In this document: one piece after another, positions 55,271-64,000 of the stretch
Layout of the letters: every line of letters starts with the position of its first letter
How positions within the stretch are numbered: the stretch's first letter is position 1
DNA from: the human T2T-CHM13v2.0 reference genome, Homo sapiens
Direction: 5' to 3' (one strand)
DNA length: 64,000 bases
NCBI RefSeq assembly: GCF_009914755.1
Contig: NC_060930.1
Notes under the pieces: model-generated
Told to the model about the DNA's origin: nothing
What the model saw: the letters and a program-made list of their open reading frames with translations, nothing else
The model's database searches: none
Made by a program: the position numbers and the translations under genes

Positions 55271-55294
55271 ACACACACACGCACACACACACAC

Positions 55295-55330
<36 letters not shown>
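55271..55330. repeat. (CA)n(AAT)n compound microsatellite
   Basis: About 12 CA and 12 AAT units. Confidence 0.95.
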
Positions 55331-55331
<1 letters not shown>

Positions 55332-56750
55332 GCTCATCTATGATAGTAAAAAAGAAAAATAATCTATCTTTCAGTGACGGATAAAGACAGTTTTAAGCCT
55401 GTTAAAATTACAAGGTCATCAAAGTAGAAAATAAAAAGTGATAGAGTTGTATTGAAAAGAATAGAAAAGAAGGGTGGTATGAGATAAATTTTTATCCATT
55501 AGGAAAATTTTATAGATATGTTTGAGATTGATATTCAAAAATAATTTTAAAACATATCTTCATATACCTATAATAAACATGTCTATATATGTTTGTAATA
55601 GTAAACATATCTTCATATGCCTACAATTAGGGTTTGGATCTATAATGACATGAAGAAATTGTCTGTTCCTGTTCCCTACCTTCCCATAGGAGAGAAGAAT
55701 CTCTCTTCAAAGAGCAGATCAAGAGAGATGCTTTAAAACCACAGCAAGTTTTCAGAGGATGTCCATTTTAGCGCCAAAATTTAAATACGGGGAGGACGCT
55801 ATGGTGCCAAAGGCCCCAGAAAGGTGCACTTGAAGTGGGACACTTGGAACCCCAACTGTCAATGCTGGTGAGTCAGCCTCTGAAAGAGCAGGATTCAATT
55901 AACCTATTGACTGTAGAGATATGTGAGCAAAGCAGAACTAGAATAAATATTGAGAAAATGCTAAAACTTAGAGCATACGGCACTAAGTATGGTTCAGCTC
56001 CACCCGATGGGTAGGTAGGTCCAGCAGGGTATCAACAGGGATATCTTGGTCATTTCCTCCTCTTCAGGTGGCACAGAAAACTAGCTGGGAGAAAGAATAA
56101 CAGACTCTAATCCTGATTATAGGTGTCATTTCCACCAACACTCTAACCAAATGTGTTTTGGAAAATCTGAGAGGCACAAGAAGTGGGGTGTGCTGAGAGC
56201 CTACCAGTCAGATGTAGCTTCTTATTCAGTGGACTGAAGCACAAACTGCTAAAGCAAGCCTTCCTGGCTAAACTCAAATTCAGAAGACCTAAGGGGAATT
56301 TTTATATCTGAGATCTAAGGTTATCACTCACTATATTCCTGAAACAGTTCTCTCAAAGTCCCCGATGGAATTGTGAGAATTATCTGGACCCCAAGTTGGA
56401 TGAGAACTGCAGAAAGCTCTTTGCTATTATTAGTCAAGCCATAGATGTCTAGAAACACATGCTTTTTTTTCTGAGTGACATACTCTGCAAACACCAAGCT
56501 TGGTGAGTGAGAGGCATCTCAGCAGGCACAGCTGTAGTGATTTCAGATAGCACATTGCAGTGTACTTTCTTCAGATTATATTACACATACAGACACAGAC
56601 ACATGCAATTCACATCATTCTGTAACATCTGCATGAATCAGAGGAAAAAGGCAATGCTATAATTGAATATGAAATATAAAACAATAGGACATAGATACAG
56701 GGTGCACAATTTGTGATTCACAAGTCTGAGTTCTATTTGTCCTGCAACAA

Positions 56751-57149
56751 TGTGTTAGGCCATTCTTGCATTGTTATAAAGAGATATATGAGACTGGGTA
56801 TTTTATAATAAAAAGGGTTTAATTGGCTCATGGTTTTGCAGGCTGTAGAAGCATGAGCCAATTAAACCTTTTTTCTGGCATCTGCTTCTGGGGAGGCCTC
56901 AAGGAGCTTTCATTCATTGCGGAAGGTGATGCGGGAGGAGGCACATCAAATGGTGAAAACAAGAGCAAGAGAGTGTTGGGGGCAGAGGAAGTGCCATACA
57001 CTTTTAAACAACCAGATTTCACAATAACTCACTCACTATTGCAAAGACAGCACCAAACCATGAGAGATTCACCCCCATGACCCTAACACCTCCCACCAGG
57101 CCCCACCCAATGTGAAATTTGGGTAAGGACAAATATCCTAACTATATCA
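56751..57149 (-). mobile_element. MSTA/MSTA1-like solo LTR
   Basis: tgtgttaggccattcttgcattg ... aactatatca; TSD aacaa/aacag. Confidence 0.88.
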
Positions 57150-57660
57150 AACAGTATAAATATTGCAAGTTTCGTAACCAAAGATCTTATCAAGAGAGCT
57201 ACCAGGAGTATAATGGATTATACTCCTTTAAATGTGATTCCTCTGGACTGTGGTCACCAGTGAGGAGGAGCAGGGAATCTTGCAGTATGTTGCACTCTGC
57301 TAGCAAGGCCCTACTCTGGTTGTGCTGTGGTACAACCCTTTTGCCCTAATTTTAAACGGTGTCCATGTTGTCCTTGTCCTGACCTTTGAGTGAGATTAGT
57401 CTCTATGCTCCCCTTAGAGCATAGAAAATACTTTTCCCCATAGAAAAGTCTTAAACACTGACCTTTGAGTGAGATTGGTCTCTATGCTCCCCTCTCTCCC
57501 TCTTTCTCTTCTTCACTCTCTTTCCCTTCTTCCCTCCCTGATCTGTGTCTTTGGTTATTGATCTCTAACTGTATGCTGATATGAGCGTTCCCTTTCACCC
57601 TCCAACCCTGTTCCCGCTTTCCCTCCTCATCGTGGGGGTTTATAGATGTTTCAATCTTTC

Positions 57661-58198
57661 TGTATTATTTATCATTGCTGTGTAAAAATTATCCCAAACT
57701 TGGCGGCTTAAAACAACAATATCAATTATCTCAACGTTTCTGTGGGTCACGAGTCTAGGCATGGCTTAGCTCCCAGGCTCAGCTGGGAAGGGTCCTTTTT
57801 GATGCTCATCGTGTGATTGCTGGCAGGATTCATTTCTTTGTAGCTGCTGGACTCAAAGCTCAGTTCCTCATGAGCTGTTGGCCGAGGTCTGCCTCAGTTT
57901 TTAATATGTGGACCCCTCTAAAAAGCATTTTGGAACAGAACATGGCAGCTTGCTTCAGGAAAGTGAGCAAGCTATAAAGAAAAAGAGTGCCAGCAAGTGA
58001 GAGCGTGCTAGCAAGATGGAATCACTGGCTTTTGTAATCACATCACAGAAATTATATCCAATTAATTTTAGTGTATTATATTCACCAGACACAAGGCATT
58101 AAATCCAGTTAACACTTAAGAAGAGGGGATTACACAAGGGTTTGAATACCAAGCAGTGGAGCCCACTGGGCGCCATTTCAGAGCTGTCACCCTAGCAT
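57661..58198 (-). mobile_element. MLT1F-like MaLR LTR
   Basis: attgctgtgtaaaaattatcccaaacttggcggcttaaaacaaca ... gaggggattacacaagggtttgaatacca. Confidence 0.8.
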
Positions 58199-60713
58199 GC
58201 TTAGGGTGACGGAGAGGAAGAGCATTTGTAGAAGCTGGAGGAAAGCAGAAATTTGGAGCCACATCAGAAGCTGCCTACCACCCTGTCTCTACGGTTTGCC
58301 CGTTCCAGATCCACAACTATCCTTTTCTGTCTCTGATCCAACATCCTACAGTCTTATGTTGTCTTTATCACAAAGTTCTATACTTACTACACTCTTGGTT
58401 TTAACCATTTGCCTGATTACCTAATTTTCTGTCCTGCCCAATAGCACTAACTAACATTTATATACTGGTGTATGTACAGATTAAAAAGCATTTTTCTTTA
58501 AAGAACTGAGTTTCAGGAAGGGACATGACCAAAAGACAGAAAACTGGTCATCAGAAAAGTGGAAACTTTGAGACAGTGCAATGTGCAGTTTTAAGCATTC
58601 AATGGTCAACCATTAAGAGCTTTATGTTTTCCACTTAAAACTACATTCACTAAATCAGTCACTGTAGACCTAGGGTATTATTTGCAAACTGGAGCATATT
58701 ATCATTTGGTTCTTTTAGTAAGTTTAGTAAATTTAATGTAGCTGATGCCTGATTACTGTAATACACACAGAATTTTGAGAGTTGCATATTTTAAATAGAA
58801 AACATATCACATTAATTTTGAATATGACCATAGAAACTAAGTTAATATTAGGACTTTTGGCTTATCAAGCACAGATTCTGAAAGTGGTTTTCATGGTTGT
58901 GTTTGATGGCTTTCATTGACTGCATAACAATTAGGAACATTTTCCTGAAAACTGATTTTTCTAGTAACCAGAGACTGAAGTGAATTCAGGTCCAGCCATC
59001 TTCTGTACTTTGATCTGGCATTTCTTCCACAGACACAGTTACAGCAACATACAAAATCAATTGGCAGAGAATGCTTATTTATGTCAAATATGGATTTTCC
59101 AAGAAATAGTTTATGAAAATACCTTTCATGTGGATAATGACTAGAGGTAAAAAGTGGACAGTCCGATTCCCAGTAATTACAGCCTGGTGTTGCTTTATTC
59201 ACACGTAATCTATTGCTAGGAAACCTAACATGCCTAAAGCAGGTCAGGATACAAATGGTGTCTCGAAAAGGGAGCAAAATGGGAAAAAAGAAGAGACAGT
59301 TATTTTATTCTATCTTGTGTCTTCTCCTCACTATCACACCAACTGTATTGCACTTGGATATCTTTTCACTTAAATAAAGGTATTAAAGTGACAGCTGATG
59401 AACAGTGAGTTTGTATTCCAGGATCACTCTTATAGGTTTAAATTACATACAGATGAAAAATAGCCCATATGGCTTTTGAACAAAAAGAACGGCTGCAAGC
59501 CCTAAAAAATTCTAGTGGAAAAGTTGGCATGCTAAAAGGTTAATTAAAATTCGACTCTGTGAGATGGATACTTTTATTTATAGAACCTTTGGCTGATTTT
59601 CAGCAGCCATGTTTTTTTCTAATTAAAATAATATGAGCAGCTAATAGCAATCAGCTTAAAGAACTGAATATTTTAGAGAAAGAGATGATTCATAGGTTTT
59701 TTAATAATCATTTTACAGTAGGTGTCTCCACTAAAGAGCACAAAAAACATTTGTATTCAGCCATTGTCTAGTTCAAATGTCAGGAAATATTAAGCTGGAA
59801 AAAATGAGGAGCAAATTATTTAAACCTGTCTAAAATAAGTCATTGATATTATCATGTAAATTCGATATTTCCCTAAAGGTTCTGGAATCATTCTTTGACA
59901 TGACAACTCATAAACTCTGAGAAACTGGACCATTAGAAGCATTATTTTAAAAATGAGAATTTTTTTATATTTCATGAACGTAACATACACAAATAACGAC
60001 ACTTAAGAGAAACAAAAGTTTGCATGAAAACATTATGTACACATTCATAGAGAGAGACAGATGGAGATGGAGACATAGGCAACAAGAATTATCATTATAT
60101 CTTCTGTAGGATTAAGCATCCTTTTCCTCCCCTAAATCACTAAGAATAACTAAAGAACAAGATTAACATCTGTAAAGGAGAATCAGAAAGCATGAATAAA
60201 GAGTTATATTAAACAGAAGGAAGGAAGGAGGAGGAAAAAGAGGAGGAAGAGCAGGAGAAAGAAAAATGTGTCAGAAATATACACTTCCCAGATGAGTGTA
60301 TACTCCCACTTTGCAAGAAACAACCAATACACTCCTCATGCCCCAGATTTTTTTTTCCTATTATTTTTCAATAATAAAACTCTTGAATTTTAACCGGGCA
60401 TATCACATCTCAGAATCAATACAACCTTCTATGAAGCTAAAAATGTGCAATAGCTTGCTTCTGGACAATGGAATTAAAGTGGAGGTGTTGTGTGCATCTA
60501 GAAAGTGTCTATCCCCTTCTCTTTCTCCTTCTCTGCTGACAGGAATGTAGACATATGTGCTCCAGCCAGAGCTGCCTTTCGAGATCATGGGTGATTTTGA
60601 GAAAACAGTGTTTGTAAAACTGAGCACTAAAATGAAAAGAGCCTGTGTCTCTAACATTGTGGAGAGTCAAACCAGTCCTGTATTGCTTTTCCTAGACTTA
60701 TATGGTCAGAAAG

Positions 60714-63075
60714 ACATCTAGGAAGTCCTAGCCAGAGCAATCAGGCAAGAGAAATAAATAAAAGGTGTCAAAATAGGAAAAGAAGAAGTGAAATTATCTC
60801 TCTTCACTGACAGTGTGATTCTATAGCCAGAAAATCCTAAAGTCCAGCCAAAAGGCTCCTAGATCTGATAAATGACTTTGGAAAAATCTCAGGATACAAG
60901 ATCAATGTACAAAAATCAGTAGCATTTCTATACACTAATAACATTCAAGCTGAGAGTCAAATTGAAAATGCAATCCCATTCACAATAGCCACAGAAAAAA
61001 ATAAAATACCCAAGAATACATCTAACCAAGGAGGCGAAAGATCTCTACAAGGAGAACTACAAAACACTACTGAAAGAAGTCAGAGGTGACACAAACAAAT
61101 GGAAAAAAATGCCATGCTCATGAATTGGAAGAATTAATATCATTAAAATGGCCATACTGCCCAAAGCAATCTACAAATTCAGTGTTATTCCTATCAAACT
61201 ACCAAGGGCATTTTTCACAGAATTAGAAAAAAACCTATTCTAAAGTTCACATGGAACCAAAAGAAAGAGCCTGAATAGCCAAAGTCATCCTAAACAAAAA
61301 GAAAAAACCATGAGGCATCATATTACCTAACTTCAAACTGGACTATAAGGCTACAATAACAAAAACAGCATGTCTCTGGTACAGAAACAGACACATAGAC
61401 CAATGGAAAAGATTAGAGAATCCAGAAATAAAGTTGCCCACTTACAGCCATCTGATCTTCAAGAAAGTTGACAAAAATAAGCAGTGGGAAAAGGACTCCC
61501 TATGTAACAAATGGTGCTGGAATAGCTGGCTAGCCGTATGCAGAAGAATGAAACTGGACCCCTACCTTTTACCATATACAAAAATTAACTCAAGATGGAC
61601 TAAAGATTTAAATGCAAACCCCAACCTATAAAAATCCTAGAAGAAAACCAAGGAAATACCATTCTGGACATTGGCCTTGGCAAAGAATTTATGACCAAGT
61701 CCTCAAAAGCAATTGCAACAAAAACAAAAAATGACAAGTGGGACCTAATTAAACTAAAGAGCTTTTGCACAACAAAAGAAACTATCAACAGAGTAAACAG
61801 ACAACCTACAACCCATAGAATGGGAGAAAATATTCGCCAACTATGCATCTGACAAATGTTTAATGTCTACAATCTGTAAGAAAATTAAACTAATCAACAA
61901 GAAAAAACAAATGAACACTTTTCAAAAGAAGACATACAAGCAGCGAACAAACATGAAAAAACGCTCAACATCTATAATATAAAAGAAATGCAAATCAAAG
62001 CTACAATGAGTCCCATAATCCCAGCACTTTTTGAGGCCGAGTCAGGTGTTTCACCTGAGGTCAGGAGTTCAAGACCAGCCTGGCCAACATGGTGAAACCC
62101 CACCTCTACTAAAAATACAAAAAAAAAATAGCCGGGCATCTTGACACACACCTGTAATCCAGGCTACTCAGGAGGCTGAGGCAGGAGAATGGCTTGAACC
62201 TGGGAGGCTTAAGGCAGAGGTGGAGGTGAAGGTTACAGTGAGCCGAGATAGTGCCATTGCATCCAGCCTGGGCAACAAGAGCAAAACTCCATCTCAAAAA
62301 ACAAACAAACAAAAACACACAAAGAGATATCATTTCATACCAGTCAGAAAATATTTTACATAGTAAATATTTTACATAATAAAATATTATTTTATTATGT
62401 AAAAAATAATAATAATAATAACAAATGCTGGTGAGGCTGTAGAGAAACGGGAGTATTTATACACTGTAGGAATGTAAATACTTCACCCACTGTGGAAAGA
62501 AGTATGAAGATTTCTCAACGTGCCTAAAATGGAGCTACTATTCAACCCAGCAATGCCATTATTGGGTATATACTCAAAGGAAAATAAATCTCCCCCAAAA
62601 GACACATGAACTTGTATATTTATCCCATTATTTGCAATAGGAATCGACCTAGGTGCCCATCAATGGTGGTTTGGACAAAGAAAATGTGGTACATATACAA
62701 CATAGAATACTACACAGCCATAAAAAGAGTGACATGATGTCTTTTGCAGCATCATGGCATGCAGCTGGAGGCCATTATCCTAAGCAAATCAATGCAGGAG
62801 CAGAAAACCAAATACCATATGTTCTCACTCATAAGTGGGAGCTAAACATTGACTACACATGAATATAAAGATGGAAGCAATGGACAGTGCATACTACTAA
62901 AGGGGAGAGAAAGGGAGGGAGGAATGAGTTAAAAACTACCGTTTGGATACTACACTCATTACCTGGGTGACGGGATCATTTGTATCCCAAACTTTAGCAT
63001 CATGCAATATATCCATGTAAGAAACCTGCACGTGTAACATCTGAATTTAAAATAAAAGTTGAAAGTATTTTTTAA
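60714..63075 (+). mobile_element. 5'-truncated L1PA16-like element
   Basis: ggaagtcctagccagagcaatcaggc; ORF2-like peptide at 61434-61631; 3'UTR ending aaaataaaagttgaaa. Confidence 0.92.
62015..62320 (+). mobile_element. AluSx-type, slightly 5'-truncated, with an internal gagg-rich expansion
   Basis: cacctgaggtcaggagttc; gaggcttaaggcagaggtggaggtgaaggtt. Confidence 0.92.
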
Positions 63076-63284
63076 AGCAATAAATCTTTCTCTCCCTTTT
63101 AAATCCATGGTTATTTTGTTTTGTGGTCACTTCAGGCTGAGCCAAATCCCAATTAATACATGCTTTAGCATGTGAATTTACACTACAGAAACAAGTGATG
63201 CAACATCTCCACAGTTAAAAGATACATTTCTAGACTTTAGAAGCTCAAATATATCATTTCCATGTGGAGACATAACTGCACTAG

Positions 63285-63430
63285 ACCACTTTCATGAGCG
63301 TCAGAATCACCTGGAGGGCTAGTTAAAACACAGATTGCTGGACTGCACCCACAAATATCTAATTCAGTAGTTCAGGTGGAGCTAAGAATCTGCATTTCTA
63401 ACAGCTTCTCAGGTGATGCTGATACTTCCT
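63285..63430. mobile_element. MER5A
   Basis: tcagaatcacctggagggctagttaaaacacagattgctgg..gaatctgcatttctaaca. Confidence 0.85.
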
Positions 63431-63734
63431 GACCATAGAATGCGCACAGTGTCTCACAGCAACATACAACTGCTCCTTACCCTATAATCAGGATATTCTA
63501 ATTTCTAAATGCCATGAAAGGTCGTTTTCAACATCCTCAAATACCTTACCATTCATCTAAGAAGCTCCATACTGTCATTATTTTAAACTGATTACAGCTT
63601 ATAAAAATAGTAAAAGGAATATACTATAATAATGGCAATTTATTTATTGTTTACTGCAAAAGATTTCGCTCAAGTTCTATTTGAGAAATCAGATAAACAA
63701 TAAACAATCAAATTTAGAAAAATTACTACGTAGC

Positions 63735-63905
63735 ATTTTAGTGGGTGATTCATTTCAGAATTACCTAGAGCACTTTTAAAAATGAAGATTCTAGGCCCTA
63801 CCCCACACCTACCAAATCAGAGTATCTGAAGGTGGGGCTTAGGAATCTTTTATCGATCCAGCTCCTCAGAGGATTCTTAAAAACCCAAATGTTTGCTAAT
63901 CACTG
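63735..63905. mobile_element. MER5A/B-like element
   Basis: cagaattacctagagcac..ccccacacctaccaaatcagagtatctg. Confidence 0.7.
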
Positions 63906-64000
63906 ACCTTGTTGTTGAAGTGTCATCAGAGACACTGGCTCAGACTCAAGGATATTTTCTAGCATGAGTGAGCATAAAACTAATATCCAGAAAGCCTTAC

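Larger units (their letters stand above)
49483..55324 (+). mobile_element. LTR8/HUERS-P1-type (MER4-group ERV1) sequence with processed-RNA structure: R-U5, internal, partial U3, R, tail
   Basis: LTR8-type U5 ending ggcagttaca at 49626; tRNA-Pro PBS; MER4-group internal; LTR8 U3 fragment from 55024; R repeated at both ends. Confidence 0.85.
60440..63160 (+). mobile_element. MLT1J-like LTR split by an L1 (parts 60440-60713 and ~63077-63160)
   Basis: ctggacaatggaattaaagtggaggtg ... and distal gctgagccaaatcccaattaataca. Confidence 0.55.

Overview
AT-rich, CpG-depleted primate genomic DNA, most likely human or another great ape (AluY and an L1PA2/L1HS-type 3' end are present). Roughly two thirds is interspersed repeat: about 15 Alus, several L1s, L2/MIR, MaLR and ERVL LTRs, Tigger/mariner/hAT MITEs, and one ERV1 element. 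I cannot support any intact protein-coding gene; the supplied ORFs are mostly Alu, L1 or LTR read-through or chance. The most striking structure is at 49483-55324. It is an LTR8/HUERS-P1-type ERV that starts at R rather than U3, ends at R followed by a decayed tail, is flanked by an L1-type target-site duplication, and has an internal-to-U3 join that looks like a splice junction. This suggests an L1-retroposed, spliced ERV RNA rather than a provirus. The repeat-free islands hold a perfect RFX X-box in a small CpG-enriched promoter-like patch (~38.1 kb), a strong CTCF motif (~37.04 kb), and clusters of exon-like units with good splice sites but stop codons, suggesting a lncRNA or decayed gene. 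Several local template-switch scars, a candidate L1 3' transduction and a very short young L1 were also seen. Repeat subfamily names come from recalled consensus sequences and need RepeatMasker/Dfam confirmation.
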